Positions 37,174 through 48,087 are shown, numbered from the stretch's first letter. The stretch is 64,000 nt of DNA from an uncultured Candidatus Saccharibacteria bacterium (GCA_964474825.1 CAYYWQ010000001.1:677609-741608), one strand, 5' to 3'. Notes: generated by a model not told the origin, from the letters alone. Made by a program: numbers and translations.

Positions 37174-37713
37174 ATGGACGAAAACACCACACCTCAAACC
37201 ACTCCCCCAACGGGCAAAAACAACACAGCTATTTGGGTCACAATTATTGTAATCGTAGTACTGCTTATAGTCGGCTTTTTCTTAATGCAGAACAAAAACA
37301 ACGACCAAGAACAAAACGAGGACACAAGCCAGGACCAAGTTATACCAACAATTCCCGATACCACTCCGACCGCAACCCCCTCCGCTGCAGACAACATGCC
37401 CACTCCTACCACCACCCCAACGTCTACAGCTCAGGAAACAAAAACTTTTACCATTGAAGGCGGTGAATTTTACTATAAGCCAAATAAAATAACCGTCAAC
37501 AAGGGCGATAAAGTAAAAATTATTTTTAACAACGTCGGAGGCTTCCACGATTTAGTCATAGACGAATTTAGTGGCGCGCGCACTCCAAGAATACAAGGCA
37601 ACCAAACTTCTACCATTGAATTTACAGCCGACAAAACCGGAAGCTTCGCCTACTACTGTTCCGTAGGCAGCCACCGCCAAATGGGCATGGAAGGCACTCT
37701 AATAGTCCAGTAA
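37174..37713 (+). CDS. Membrane-anchored cupredoxin-domain protein
   Basis: FHDLVID; YYCSVGSHRQMGMEG type-1 Cu ligands. Confidence 0.88.
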   Translation: MDENTTPQTTPPTGKNNTAIWVTIIVIVVLLIVGFFLMQNKNNDQEQNEDTSQDQVIPTIPDTTPTATPSAADNMPTPTTTPTSTAQETKTFTIEGGEFYYKPNKITVNKGDKVKIIFNNVGGFHDLVIDEFSGARTPRIQGNQTSTIEFTADKTGSFAYYCSVGSHRQMGMEGTLIVQ

Positions 37714-37724
37714 GCTTTACCTAT

Positions 37725-37761
37725 AAAAAAAGCCGGCCACCTCAAGGGTAGCCGGCTTTTT
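37725..37761 (+). terminator. Intrinsic terminator
   Basis: aaaaagccggc...gccggcttttt. Confidence 0.8.
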
Positions 37762-37788
37762 AAATTTGTGTAACAATGTACATTCCAA

Positions 37789-37815
37789 GAAACAATTTAC
37801 CAAATTTAACGATAT
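37789..37815 (+). promoter_or_regulatory. ECF-type promoter before sigma 2
   Basis: GAAAC-N16-CGATAT; same motif recurs at 39264-39290. Confidence 0.65.
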
Positions 37816-37845
37816 AAATAATAGTAAACTACCCCTGCAAATGTT

Positions 37846-38403
37846 ATGGATATAAAAGAGCTTGTTTACAAGGCCAAAAACGGGGACAGTTACGCTTTTG
37901 GGCAAATTTACGACGAATTTTCGGCAAAAATTTTCCGCTATATAAAGATTAAAGTCCAGAGCCCCCAGGAAGCCGAAGACGTCCTCCAGGAAGTTTTTTT
38001 AAAGGCCTACAGGGGCCTGGAAGGGCTTAACATGGAAAATTTAAATTTTTCGGCCTGGCTCTACAAAGTAGCCGGGAACACCATAAACGACTTTTTCCGC
38101 AAAAAATACCGCTCCCCCCAAATTTCGGAACTAAACGACAATCTTGACGTAGCGGGCGGGAGTTTAATAGAAAAAGATTTTGAAATTAACTGGGACTGGA
38201 ACCTTGCGCACACGGCTTTTCAAGAACTTCCCCCCATATACAGGCAGGTGCTGGAACTGCGGTTTGTACAGGATTTGTCTTTAAGCGAAGTCTCGGAAAT
38301 TTTAAACAAGAATAATTTGTCCGTGCGCTTAATTCAGCACCGCGCTCTAAAAAAAATCCGCAAAATTTTAAACAACAGTAACTTAGAATATGGAAAAATT
38401 TAA
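37846..38403 (+). CDS. ECF sigma factor (2)
   Basis: AFGQIYD, AEDVLQEVFLKAY, FSAWLYKVAGN, VRLIQHRALKKIR. Confidence 0.92.
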   Translation: MDIKELVYKAKNGDSYAFGQIYDEFSAKIFRYIKIKVQSPQEAEDVLQEVFLKAYRGLEGLNMENLNFSAWLYKVAGNTINDFFRKKYRSPQISELNDNLDVAGGSLIEKDFEINWDWNLAHTAFQELPPIYRQVLELRFVQDLSLSEVSEILNKNNLSVRLIQHRALKKIRKILNNSNLEYGKI

Positions 38404-39265
38404 ACAGGAAATTTCAGCAATAAAACAGTTAAGTGGGCATGACCATTCTTTGCCGCCTGAACGGCAAGAACTTATTAAACAGCGCCTGCTTGCGGCTATT
38501 GCCAATGAACCTTTACCACAGACGCAGAAACATTTTCCGTCGTGGAAAGAAAAAATAAGCAAGATTTTTCGCCTGGCTGCTTCCGTGGCCCTAGGGTTGT
38601 CTTTAGCCGGCGGCACGGCATATGCAGCGGGTAATTCAAAACCCGGGGATGTTTTGTACCCTGTTAAACTAGCAACCGAAAAAATTCGCCTGGGGCTTTC
38701 GATTACAGAACAAACCAAAGCCCAGCTTCAGGCCCAATTTGCTTTGGAAAGGCTCAGGGAGCTTAAAGAAATAAAGCTTAAAAATTTTCCCGTGCAAATT
38801 TTGGACAACAGTAATACCCACAGCGGCAGCACTTCCACGGCCCAAGGCGAAGTATGGCTAACTTTGCCAGCAAACGCCACTGGCTCTCCCCTGCTGAATA
38901 AAAGGCAAAATCAACTACAAGTTAACACCCAAGCAGAAGCTAATTTGGAAATTAGCGCGGCAATTAGCTCCTTAGAAAAAGTCCAAAGCAAACTTCAGGA
39001 TAAAGGAGAAACCGAAGCGGCGGAAAAAATTTCCAAAAAAATTCTCCAGCTCCAAACCGGCGCCAAAAGTGAAAATATCATTATTACCAAAAATAAAGAA
39101 AAACAGGGGGAGAACAACGCAGCTACCAGCACTCCTGCACAAGCCCGGGAAAAAAATACCATAAAAAAACCGGAAACTCCTAAATTACAAATGCAAATAA
39201 TAGACAAAACCGGAAGCTCCAGCCCATCAGGATTAATTAAGAAATTGCCTTTAAAAAAAGACTGA
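38390..39265 (+). CDS. DUF5667-type putative anti-sigma factor
   Basis: TM then AAGNSKPGDVLYPVKLATEKI...ERLREL; overlaps the sigma stop. Confidence 0.75.
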   Translation: MEKFKQEISAIKQLSGHDHSLPPERQELIKQRLLAAIANEPLPQTQKHFPSWKEKISKIFRLAASVALGLSLAGGTAYAAGNSKPGDVLYPVKLATEKIRLGLSITEQTKAQLQAQFALERLRELKEIKLKNFPVQILDNSNTHSGSTSTAQGEVWLTLPANATGSPLLNKRQNQLQVNTQAEANLEISAAISSLEKVQSKLQDKGETEAAEKISKKILQLQTGAKSENIIITKNKEKQGENNAATSTPAQAREKNTIKKPETPKLQMQIIDKTGSSSPSGLIKKLPLKKD

Positions 39266-39290
39266 AACAATCCCAGCCGCATAGCGATAT
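39263..39290 (+). promoter_or_regulatory. ECF-type promoter
   Basis: TGAAAC-N16-CGATAT. Confidence 0.65.
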
Positions 39291-39335
39291 ACTGCCCAGA
39301 GAGTGAAAAATTAACTCAAAGGGAAAGGTAAATTT

Positions 39336-39785
39336 ATGCGCAAATTTTTACAAACATCTATAGTCATTGGATTAATTGGCCTTTTGCCAACCTTGGCTTT
39401 GGCCCACAACCTTAACACTGAAGGTTCGGCTAAAACCTCCGCGCGAGGGGTTAAAATTAACAACGGGCTGCATTTAGGCTGGGAAAAACAGGACAACAAA
39501 CACGAAAAAAATGACGCGGCAACCACAACTCCCGCAAACACCCATCCGGCTTCCGGCCGTGGGACTGTAACCGCGGTTTCCGGAAACAATTTTACTTTGC
39601 AGTTAAACAATCACGGTATTATAAGCTCCGCGACAGTTAACACAAACGCCAGCACAACTATTATTACTAAAAATGGGACAGCCACCACGACTGCTGCAAT
39701 AACAGTTGGCTCCAAAGTAAAAGTTAAAGGTTTTTGGGACGAAATCTCAAATATTTTAAAAGCAATAAAAGTTAAAATCTTCTAA
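39336..39785 (+). CDS. Secreted DUF5666-like protein
   Basis: Signal peptide; GTVTAVSG, ITVGSKVKVKG; NNGLHLGWEK. Confidence 0.7.
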   Translation: MRKFLQTSIVIGLIGLLPTLALAHNLNTEGSAKTSARGVKINNGLHLGWEKQDNKHEKNDAATTTPANTHPASGRGTVTAVSGNNFTLQLNNHGIISSATVNTNASTTIITKNGTATTTAAITVGSKVKVKGFWDEISNILKAIKVKIF

Positions 39786-39815
39786 AAAAACTGGCTGAAA
39801 AAATTATAAGGAGAC

Positions 39816-39845
39816 AAAATGCCCCGGCTACGGCTGGGGTGTTTT
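39816..39845 (+). terminator. Intrinsic terminator
   Basis: aaaatgccccggc-tacg-gctggggtgtttt. Confidence 0.7.
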
Positions 39846-39872
39846 GTTGTTGGCGTTATGTTATAATAAACC

Positions 39873-40457
39873 ATGACTTGGTATGAGCATCTTCTTGGAT
39901 TTTTAAGTTTTTCCCGCTACGCGCTGGTATTTATTGGCTGTATTGTGGAAGGGCCGGTGGTAATGGTAACAACCGGATTTCTGCTTAAAGCCGGACAGTT
40001 TCAGTTGGTTCCATTGTATTTCACACTCATGGCCGGAGATTTTGTTGCTGACATGGGATGGTACGCATTTGGCCGCTTTGGTGCCCGCAAGCTTATTAAC
40101 CGCTTCGGGCATTTTTTAAATATTACTCCCGAGGTCATAACAAAAATTGAAAAACGTTTTCATAAGTACCAAGACAGAATTCTTTTTATTTCCAAAATTA
40201 CTATGGGCTTTGGTTTTGCCTTAGCAACTCTAATAGTTGCCGGCATGCTGCATGTGCAGTTTAAGCGTTATGTTTTACTTAATTTTTTAGGTGGCTTCAT
40301 TTGGACAGCACTGCTTATAGCCTTAGGGTACTTCTTTGGCCAAGTTTATTTTTCACTCGCGGGCCCGGTCAAAACCGTTTTCCTTATTTTAGCTCCAATT
40401 GTTGTAATCTATGGCTTATGGGCAATTAACAGGTATTTGATAAAGAAAGAAATATGA
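39873..40457 (+). CDS. DedA/VTT-family membrane protein
   Basis: IVEGP, GDFVAD..WY.FGR, AGM, NFLGGFIW. Confidence 0.85.
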   Translation: MTWYEHLLGFLSFSRYALVFIGCIVEGPVVMVTTGFLLKAGQFQLVPLYFTLMAGDFVADMGWYAFGRFGARKLINRFGHFLNITPEVITKIEKRFHKYQDRILFISKITMGFGFALATLIVAGMLHVQFKRYVLLNFLGGFIWTALLIALGYFFGQVYFSLAGPVKTVFLILAPIVVIYGLWAINRYLIKKEI

Positions 40458-41182
40458 GGCTTTCAATAATAATTCCTACCTTAAACGAAGAAAAAATTTT
40501 AGAGCGGACTATTAAAGCGCTCCGTCTTTTAAACAATATTGATTATGAAATTATTGTTTCCGATGGCTTAAGCACCGACAGCACGCTTGATATTGCCAAA
40601 CGCCTGGCAGACAAAGTTGTAGTACATGAAAGCAAGACCAGGCAGACTATTGGGCAGGCGCGCAACGCCGGCGCCGCGGCGGCCATTGGAGAATTTTTAG
40701 TTTTTTTAGACGCGGATGTTACTATTTTTAATCCTAATGATTTTTTTAAGCGGGCTTTGGCGCATTTTCAAAAAGACCCAAAGCTTGTTGGCCTGGGCGG
40801 CTGGCTTAAAGTCTTTCCGGAAATGGAAACTATTGGCGACCGCATAGGCTACGGCATATTTTCTAACTGGTCATTCACCATCCATAACAACATTTTAAAA
40901 ATTGGCGGCAACTGCGGAGAGTTTGGAATAATCAGGGCCGATGTTTTCCATAAACTTGGAGGCTACCACGAAAACTTGGCTGCCGGAGAAGATTTTGAAC
41001 TTTTCCGCCGTTTAGCTAAAGCTGGGCGTGTCTTTACCGACTCAAAACTTGTAGTCTTCCATACAGGCCGCCGGCCTCATACCATAGGCTGGCCAAAACT
41101 TCTTTTTACGTGGTTTAAAGAATTTATTTACGTGGCTGTGTTCCATCGTTCGGCAAGTAAGGAATGGACAGTAATTAGATAA
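40454..41182 (+). CDS. GT2 glycosyltransferase
   Basis: SIIIPTLNEE, SDGLSTD, ARNAGA, FLDAD, GED. Confidence 0.9.
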   Translation: MRLSIIIPTLNEEKILERTIKALRLLNNIDYEIIVSDGLSTDSTLDIAKRLADKVVVHESKTRQTIGQARNAGAAAAIGEFLVFLDADVTIFNPNDFFKRALAHFQKDPKLVGLGGWLKVFPEMETIGDRIGYGIFSNWSFTIHNNILKIGGNCGEFGIIRADVFHKLGGYHENLAAGEDFELFRRLAKAGRVFTDSKLVVFHTGRRPHTIGWPKLLFTWFKEFIYVAVFHRSASKEWTVIR

Positions 41183-41189
41183 ACTACCT

Positions 41190-41828
41190 ATGAAAAAACT
41201 GCTACTTATTGGTTTAATTTTTTTGGCTGCCGGATGCGGTAAAACTATTGCTCCCAATACGCCTTCGCCAATAGCAACTCCTAGCCCCACCTCATCGGAA
41301 GCTCCTTCCCCTGTTCCAACATCTACGATGATGATCGAGGAGCCTATTAGCAACGCTCTGACGCGTGTTACTAAGAAATCTTTTGGCACTTATGTGAATC
41401 CACAAAATTCTCCTGTTAGCCCGGAAGTATTTACAGGCTTTCACACAGCAGTAGATTTTGAAACTGGTGAAGATGAAAAAGATATTGACGTCCCAATTTA
41501 CGCTATATGCGACGGAAAATTACTGCAAAAAAGATCTGTCACGGGTTATGGCGGCATGATTGTGCAATCTTGCTTGGTAAATAATGAGCCAGTAACGGTT
41601 ATATATGGACACTTACGACTTTCAAGCATTTCTTTAAAGAGCGGTGATGCGGTTAAAGCCGGCGATCAATTAGCAGTTTTAGGAACCGGGTATAGCTCAG
41701 AAACCAGCAATGAGCGCAAACATTTACACTTGGGAATTCACAAAGGCACCGCCATAAATATTTTAGGCTATGTCCAAAATAAAAAAGACCTAGCCTTTTG
41801 GTTAGATCCTTTAACATTACTTAAGTAA
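41190..41828 (+). CDS. M23 peptidase lipoprotein
   Basis: LAAGC lipobox; HTAVD; YGHL; HLHLG. Confidence 0.87.
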   Translation: MKKLLLIGLIFLAAGCGKTIAPNTPSPIATPSPTSSEAPSPVPTSTMMIEEPISNALTRVTKKSFGTYVNPQNSPVSPEVFTGFHTAVDFETGEDEKDIDVPIYAICDGKLLQKRSVTGYGGMIVQSCLVNNEPVTVIYGHLRLSSISLKSGDAVKAGDQLAVLGTGYSSETSNERKHLHLGIHKGTAINILGYVQNKKDLAFWLDPLTLLK

Positions 41829-41831
41829 TAA

Positions 41832-42290
41832 CTATTTTGTCCTGGCTTTTGGGTCCAAAAAATTAATCTGCGCCACAACAACCAAAGACAACGCAATAAT
41901 TAAAACATTTTTTATAATATATTGTCCTTCCAGTGTGGGCACCAAAAACCCTTGCCAAGTTACTGAAGGCAGTAAAACCAACGGCATAAAAGTCGTGAAC
42001 ATGTGAACGGCGAGCAGAGCGGCAACTACTCTTTCCACTTTGGGGATTAAAAATAAAATACCAATAAGAATTTCAAAAAGCGCTAACAAAATAATAAATT
42101 GGTCAAAAGTAATAAAGGGCAAGGTGCGCTTAAGCAGGTCTTCTACTAAAGGATTAGCCGGACTGCTGCCAACTAACTTTAAAATACCAAACCAAAAATA
42201 AACAATAAAAATAGCCACCCGCGCAAAAATGAGGTGGTATTTTTTTATGAAAGCTAAAACAACGTAATCGAACTTGTGTATTTTACTCAT
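41832..42290 (-). CDS. DoxX/YkgB-like membrane protein
   Basis: VYFWFGILK, EILIG, TLEGQYIIKN. Confidence 0.75.
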   Translation of the reverse strand: MSKIHKFDYVVLAFIKKYHLIFARVAIFIVYFWFGILKLVGSSPANPLVEDLLKRTLPFITFDQFIILLALFEILIGILFLIPKVERVVAALLAVHMFTTFMPLVLLPSVTWQGFLVPTLEGQYIIKNVLIIALSLVVVAQINFLDPKARTK

Positions 42291-42318
42291 ATTTATTTTT
42301 TTATTTTATTGTTTAAAT

Positions 42319-43044
42319 TTAAGCCAGCCTGGTTATAAGGTAAATAAAAACAGTACCAAAAACTGTGAGTCCGATTAATTTAGTAGAACTATTTTTACTA
42401 TGGGCTTCGGGCAAAATGTCGCTCGCGCCTATGTAAAGCAAAAATCCGGCAAAGAAACCCAAGTACCACAGCAAAAAATGAGGAGAAACGCTGAAAAATA
42501 AAGTGGAGACCGCTCCGAGCATTGGCGCTAGGGAATCTATTAATAAAAACCATTTGGTTTTTTTAGTGGTGTTGTTATGGTTAAACATTAAAGCCACGGT
42601 GTTCATGCCGTCTGTAAAGTCGTGGGAAATTACTGCTATGGCAACAATTAAGCCAACGGCAGGACTTACCTGAAAACCCAAACCAATCCCCACGCCGTCC
42701 ATAAAACTGTGTCCGGCAAGCGCAATGGCGGACATTACACCCACGTGCGGGTGCTTATGTTCGGCATAATCCCCCTCATGCGCGTGGTGGATCATTATGG
42801 ATTTTTCTAAAATATGGAACAGCAAAAAACCAATGACCAAGGCTATCATTGGCTCAATAGGCTTAAAACCATATTCATTTACCTGACTAATAATTTCCGG
42901 AAGAATATCAAAAGCTACAACGCCAAGCAAGACTCCGGCAGTAAAGCCCATTATTAAATGCAGCTTTTTCTTAAAACGAAGGGCAAACAAACCGCCAAAC
43001 AAAGTAGAAAAAAAAGTGGCAAGGGCTAAAAGAACTATTTGCAT
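42319..43044 (-). CDS. ZIP-family metal transporter
   Basis: GFTAGVLL, His-rich loop, HSFMDG, HDFTDG, DILPEAH. Confidence 0.9.
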   Translation of the reverse strand: MQIVLLALATFFSTLFGGLFALRFKKKLHLIMGFTAGVLLGVVAFDILPEIISQVNEYGFKPIEPMIALVIGFLLFHILEKSIMIHHAHEGDYAEHKHPHVGVMSAIALAGHSFMDGVGIGLGFQVSPAVGLIVAIAVISHDFTDGMNTVALMFNHNNTTKKTKWFLLIDSLAPMLGAVSTLFFSVSPHFLLWYLGFFAGFLLYIGASDILPEAHSKNSSTKLIGLTVFGTVFIYLITRLA

Positions 43045-43054
43045 GTTTTATAAA

Positions 43055-43468
43055 TTAATTATTACAATTTTTACAAAGACCAAAAAATTCCAGGGAGTGC
43101 CTTGTTATTTTAAATTTCTGCTCGGTCAATACCCGCTTTTCAATATTACCCACGTCGTGCTTTACCTCAATGTCTTTAACTTCCCCGCAGTCAGTGCAAA
43201 CCAAATGATGATGGTGGTGTCCAGCTAGTTCATAACGAATTTTACCGTCTCCAAAATCTACCTGGTGAATAATCCCATAACCACTTAACACTATAAGTTC
43301 CCGATAGGTTGTTGTTTTATTAACCACCTTCCCTTTTTTTGCCAACAGCTCTCTAATTTCTAACTCAGTCATTGGCAAATGCCGCTGCTCAAGTATATCA
43401 ATTACGAACTGTCGTGTTTGGGTTAACCTTGCCCCTTTTTGCTTTAATAAACCAATAGCCTTATTCAT
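43055..43468 (-). CDS. Fur-family regulator (Zur-like)
   Basis: RLTQTR, TTYREL, HHHHHLVCTDCG, FGLCKNC; start MNKAI preferred because the track's extension covers the promoter. Confidence 0.92.
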   Translation of the reverse strand: MNKAIGLLKQKGARLTQTRQFVIDILEQRHLPMTELEIRELLAKKGKVVNKTTTYRELIVLSGYGIIHQVDFGDGKIRYELAGHHHHHLVCTDCGEVKDIEVKHDVGNIEKRVLTEQKFKITRHSLEFFGLCKNCNN

Positions 43469-43474
43469 AAACAT

Positions 43475-43504
43475 ATAATAACGCAACTTAGTTGCGTTTG
43501 TCAA
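43475..43504 (-). promoter_or_regulatory. Sigma70 promoter with perfect 9-1-9 operator
   Basis: TTGACA...TATTAT on the minus strand; AACGCAACT-T-AGTTGCGTT at 43480-43498. Confidence 0.8.
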
Positions 43505-43590
43505 ATAATAACCCTCTCTTTCAAAGATATAAATTGACCGGCTGGGCATATTTCTTTATACTTCTTCTATCTTCTTAAGGAGGTTACCCT

Positions 43591-44109
43591 ATGCCTAGCA
43601 CAGCGGTGCTGGAACCAAGCGTAACACTGGCTACAACACGAGCAACAACGGCACAGGAATGCCCTGTTCCGACAGTCGAAGGCGCATTTCGCGCCGTTCG
43701 ACTAACCGTAATGAACGGCAAAACCAGACGGCAACTCAAGCATAAGGCCGAGTTGCAGATGTACCACGATACCATGCTGGTCAAACCGCGTAATTACAAT
43801 GACATCCTGAGGATGGGCTGGATCTGGCACGTCGGCAAGTACGACCCCGCTACTGGACACTTCAAGGCACTCGACTACCTCGGCATGACTGAGGTCGATA
43901 CGCCGGCCGATCCACTGTTCGTGAGCATGACGGCCGCGCTGGACCGGGAACTGTCCAAGGTGCCGGGGATCCAATACCGCTTCACGGTGGAAAGCCTCTG
44001 GATCGACCCGATTGGCGCGGTTGAAATCTGGACCGGCGGCGTCAAACGGATCTACCGTTACTACGCCTGGTACGGCAACCGCACCACCTGGCCGCCCAGC
44101 CGCGGCTAG
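43591..44109 (+). CDS. GC-rich orphan hypothetical protein
   Basis: 172-aa ORF, AAGGAGG RBS, own terminator. Confidence 0.65.
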   Translation: MPSTAVLEPSVTLATTRATTAQECPVPTVEGAFRAVRLTVMNGKTRRQLKHKAELQMYHDTMLVKPRNYNDILRMGWIWHVGKYDPATGHFKALDYLGMTEVDTPADPLFVSMTAALDRELSKVPGIQYRFTVESLWIDPIGAVEIWTGGVKRIYRYYAWYGNRTTWPPSRG

Positions 44110-44166
44110 TCCGCCAACCGCTTCGCGGCCAGATTTTGGCCGCCGCTTAAAGCTGCTCCCACGAGC

Positions 44167-44221
44167 AAGACCGGTAGAATTGTTGTCAGCACCTGCGCTG
44201 ATGATGATACTACCGGTCTTT
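44167..44221. terminator. Long hairpin terminator
   Basis: aagaccggtag...ctaccggtcttt. Confidence 0.65.
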
Positions 44222-44287
44222 CATTTGGAAAACATTGATATGATTACAATAATCTCCTTTGTACACGAAGATTTTTATATTTAAAAA

Positions 44288-46471
44288 TCAAATTTTATTA
44301 TTTTTTATTCTCAAACTATTTCCAACAACACTAAAACTGGAAAAGGCCATGGCTGCGCCGGCTATCATGGGGTTTAAATACCCTAGTGCTGCTAGCGGAA
44401 TAGCCGCTACATTATAGAAGAAGGCCCAAAATAAATTTTGTTTAATAATGCTAAAAGTTTTTTGGGACAATTGCAGTGCCTGAACAACCTTTAGAGGACT
44501 TCCTTTTACCAAAACAAGCTCACCGGATTCAATTGCAATGTCTGTGCCTGTGCCAATAGCTATACCTAGGTCGGCTTGCACTAAGGCCGGAGCGTCGTTA
44601 ATGCCGTCGCCAACAAATGCAACTTTTTTCCCTTGAGCCTGAAGTTTTTTTACTTCCGCGGCTTTGTCCTGTGGCAAGACCTCTGCCAGAACTTGATCTA
44701 CCCCCGCCTCTTTAGCAATAGCCTGCGCGGTTCTTTGATTGTCCCCGCTAATCATAATACTCGTAATACCCATAGCCTTTAGTTTACCTATGGCTTCCTT
44801 GGCGTCAGGCTTTAAAGTATCGGCAATCGCAATAACGCCAATCATCTGCTTGTTTTTTACAACGCAGACAACTGTTTTTGCCTCATGTTCCAAACTTTCA
44901 ATTTGGGATTTTAAATTATTTTCTATGTCTAGTTCTAAAATTAATCTCGGACTGCCTATTAAAATTTCATCTTGGCCAACTTTCGCGGAAACTCCTTTAC
45001 CTGCCAAATTAAGAAAATCCAATGAAATCGGCAAAATAATTTTGCTTTCTGTAGCAAAACGAAAAACAGCTTGGGCTAACGGATGTTCTGAATGTTTTTC
45101 AACGGAAGCCGCAAAAGCCAATACCTGATTTTTTTCTATTCCTGATAACGGAACAACATCGGTAACCGCAGGTTTACCTTCTGTTAATGTTCCGGTTTTG
45201 TCGAACATAACCACATCTATATGTTTAGCCTTTTCCAAAGCCTGCCCATTTTTTATAAGTATCCCTTTTTTAGCTCCCTCCCCCGTTCCTACTAAAATAG
45301 CTACGGGAGTTGCAAGACCCAAGGCACAAGGACAAGCAATAACCAAAACCGCCACCGCGGCAATTAAACTTCTGCCAATATCTCCGCTAATAAAAAACCA
45401 AACCCCAAAAGTTCCCAAGGCTAACACAATTACTATGGGAACAAAAATTCCGGCAATTTTGTCGGCCAATTTTTGTATGGGGGCTTTTTTTACCTGCGCG
45501 TCTTCCACCATTTTAATTATTTGCGAAAGCACTGTGTCTTTACCGACTTTTAGTGTCTGGATTTCCACGGAGCCGTCTATATTTATGGTGGCGCCAAAAA
45601 TTTCGTCGCCTTCTTTTTTGCTTACAGGCATACTCTCCCCTGTTAACATAGATTCGTCTACAGTTGTTTGGCCTTTAAAAATTTTTCCGTCTACCGGATA
45701 CTTTTCTCCGGGCTTCACCGCTAAAATATCGCCCACCCGAACCTGTTCAATTGCAATTTCGCTTATGTTGCCGTCTTTGATCAAATGCGCGGATTTGGCA
45801 CCCAATTGCATTAGCTTACTAATTGCCTGGCTGGCCTGACCGCGGCTCTTAGCTTCCAAATACCTCCCAAGCAAAAGAAAAGCAGTTATAATGGCAGCAG
45901 TTTCAAAATAAAACTCTTGTCGTCCGGCAAACATTGCCCAAAAACTAAACGCCATGGCTGAGGCAGTTCCCAAAGAAATAAGGGTATCCATATTCGCCGC
46001 AAACTGCCTAAGTAATTTCAAAGTCATAATATGGAATTCTTTACCCACTATAAAAACAGTAATAACGCTTAAAATTGCTTGCAGCCAAATACTGGCATTT
46101 AAAAAACCAATTTGCCAAGGCAAATTTATTTTCATCATTGCTAAAACCAAAGTAGGCACAGCAAAAACTAAAGATACAATTGCTTTATTGCGCGCACTAC
46201 TAACCTCCTTTTCGCCAGCCATGCCCCCATGCTTGTGTTCAATTTCTTGGCGATGATGAGAATGCATTTCAACATGGTAACCATTTTTTTCCACGGCCTT
46301 ATACAGATCGTGTTCGGAAACCTGGGTTTCATCAAACTCCACTGAAGCTGAACGCATTGCGTAATTAACCGAAGCGCTTTTTACCCCCGTTAATTTATTT
46401 AAAGAATTTTCATTACGCGTAACGCAGGAAGCGCAGTGCATGTCCGGAATAAGAAATTTTGTTGTTGTCAT
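44288..46471 (-). CDS. copA: Cu(I)-translocating P1B-type ATPase
   Basis: [51 protein letters not shown]. Confidence 0.93.
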   Translation of the reverse strand: MTTTKFLIPDMHCASCVTRNENSLNKLTGVKSASVNYAMRSASVEFDETQVSEHDLYKAVEKNGYHVEMHSHHRQEIEHKHGGMAGEKEVSSARNKAIVSLVFAVPTLVLAMMKINLPWQIGFLNASIWLQAILSVITVFIVGKEFHIMTLKLLRQFAANMDTLISLGTASAMAFSFWAMFAGRQEFYFETAAIITAFLLLGRYLEAKSRGQASQAISKLMQLGAKSAHLIKDGNISEIAIEQVRVGDILAVKPGEKYPVDGKIFKGQTTVDESMLTGESMPVSKKEGDEIFGATINIDGSVEIQTLKVGKDTVLSQIIKMVEDAQVKKAPIQKLADKIAGIFVPIVIVLALGTFGVWFFISGDIGRSLIAAVAVLVIACPCALGLATPVAILVGTGEGAKKGILIKNGQALEKAKHIDVVMFDKTGTLTEGKPAVTDVVPLSGIEKNQVLAFAASVEKHSEHPLAQAVFRFATESKIILPISLDFLNLAGKGVSAKVGQDEILIGSPRLILELDIENNLKSQIESLEHEAKTVVCVVKNKQMIGVIAIADTLKPDAKEAIGKLKAMGITSIMISGDNQRTAQAIAKEAGVDQVLAEVLPQDKAAEVKKLQAQGKKVAFVGDGINDAPALVQADLGIAIGTGTDIAIESGELVLVKGSPLKVVQALQLSQKTFSIIKQNLFWAFFYNVAAIPLAALGYLNPMIAGAAMAFSSFSVVGNSLRIKNNKI

Positions 46472-46482
46472 ATATTTTAAAA

Positions 46483-47814
46483 TTAATCAATTACAGTAAA
46501 TTTGCCTCGGTACATTCCCATTGAACAAGAAAAGGCAATCTCACCGGTTTTAGTGGGAGTAAACTCTATAATATTCTCGCCGGATTTTAGCGGCTGACTA
46601 ATGTTATAAGCCGGCATCATTATGTAACTGGCGCATGTAAATTGGCTAGTGGAATTAATTACCCAACGGACAAGTTTGCCTTTTTTTATTGTAAATTGAT
46701 TTGGGGAATAGCCTCGGCTACCCTGGGTCATGATAATTTCTTGATAATCACCTTTAGGCAAATTTGCAGTTTGGTTCGTGGCCGCAGACCCCGATGCAGA
46801 AACAAACACTACGCGGCTTGCATTGGAAATATTAAACACTCCTAGTAAAATTACAGCAAGTCCGGCGGTGGCAAAAAATAGCTTAGCCTTACTGCCTTTA
46901 AAAGCGGAAGACAGTCCCCCAACACTAAGCAAACCTGGCGCGGTCCCTACGGCAAACAAAGACATTATTAACGCGCCGGAAACGAAACTGCCCGTACTAA
47001 TTGCGTACAACTGCATAGCCTGCGTAAAGCCGCAGGGCAAAAAGAAAGTTAACATGCCGCCAATAAAAGCAGATTTATGGCTGTATTCTTTGTCGCTTTG
47101 TTTTATTCCCAAAAACCTGGAAACAAATTTTGGCATGGTTATATTTACTCTCTGCAAAATTGGAAAAATTTCTATAAGCTTTAGGCCAAGCAATATCATA
47201 ACCCCTCCTACAAAAAGAGTAACAATGGCCATAACTTTCGCGGAAGGTTGAAGCGCCCCGCCAACAAACCCTATAAGGCCACCTAACAGGGCAAACCCAA
47301 TAATTCTGCCTAAATTAAAAAACAAATGGGGACGAAATTTTTGCATTGCCGTAGCTTCAAGGTGAAGCTCTGCGTGCCTTGCTGATAAAGCTAAAACAAG
47401 TCCGCCAATTAAAGCCATACAAGAAGAAACACCGGCAACTAAACCTATAACCAAAGACATGGCAACGCTCTGTTGATTAAAGCCCCCTACAACACTATCC
47501 ACACCAAAAAATTGGGTCGCTATAAACAAAAAGAGTAAAATTGCTCCTGCATTTACCAAGAAAAAATAATCCCGTGGATTTCTGGAAAACCACTGCCTGC
47601 TGTCTTCCTGTCCAACCGTGTAACCTGCGTCTTCCACTGCTTTACTAATTTGACCAAGTGACGGTTTGGAGTCCTCATACCAAATTTTCGCCCTGCCTGA
47701 AACGTGACTAACATCGCATTTTTTTATTTCCTTAACGTTTTTTAAATTTTCCTCAATAGTCATTTCGCAAGACTTACAGTGCATGCCCTTTATGGGCACA
47801 ATAATTTTTTGCAT
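46483..47814 (-). CDS. HMA + DsbD_2/TauE-like membrane domain + cupredoxin-like protein
   Basis: [31 protein letters not shown]. Confidence 0.85.
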   Translation of the reverse strand: MQKIIVPIKGMHCKSCEMTIEENLKNVKEIKKCDVSHVSGRAKIWYEDSKPSLGQISKAVEDAGYTVGQEDSRQWFSRNPRDYFFLVNAGAILLFLFIATQFFGVDSVVGGFNQQSVAMSLVIGLVAGVSSCMALIGGLVLALSARHAELHLEATAMQKFRPHLFFNLGRIIGFALLGGLIGFVGGALQPSAKVMAIVTLFVGGVMILLGLKLIEIFPILQRVNITMPKFVSRFLGIKQSDKEYSHKSAFIGGMLTFFLPCGFTQAMQLYAISTGSFVSGALIMSLFAVGTAPGLLSVGGLSSAFKGSKAKLFFATAGLAVILLGVFNISNASRVVFVSASGSAATNQTANLPKGDYQEIIMTQGSRGYSPNQFTIKKGKLVRWVINSTSQFTCASYIMMPAYNISQPLKSGENIIEFTPTKTGEIAFSCSMGMYRGKFTVID

Positions 47815-47820
47815 GGATGT

Positions 47821-48087
47821 TTATTTATTATATAAACTGTAAATTTTTAGAAGCTCGGCTGTGGCCTTGTCAGTCTGGCCATGCTGGAATTGGTGCGACA
47901 CATGCTCTTCCAAATGGTTTTTTAACAACTCCTGGTCAAAGCTTTCCAGGGATTTTTGCACCGCGCGGGACTGGGTAATTATGTCCACGCAATACTTATT
48001 TCCGTCTAACATTTTCTGCAAGCCCTTAATTTGCCCCTCTATTCTGCGCAGGCGATTGTTTAACTTACTCTGATATTTAGTTTGCAT
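47821..48087 (-). CDS. CsoR/RcnR-family metal-sensing repressor
   Basis: NRLRRIEGQIKGLQKM, YCVDIITQ, NHLEEHV; start MQTKYQ preferred. Confidence 0.9.
   Translation of the reverse strand: MQTKYQSKLNNRLRRIEGQIKGLQKMLDGNKYCVDIITQSRAVQKSLESFDQELLKNHLEEHVSHQFQHGQTDKATAELLKIYSLYNK

Noticed and set aside
43591-44221. Hairpins after GC-rich orphans as integron attC sites
   Set aside because: No RYYYAAC/GTTRRRY core pair, and the genes are not arrayed
45198-45839. 213-aa plus-strand ORF
   Set aside because: Antisense shadow of copA
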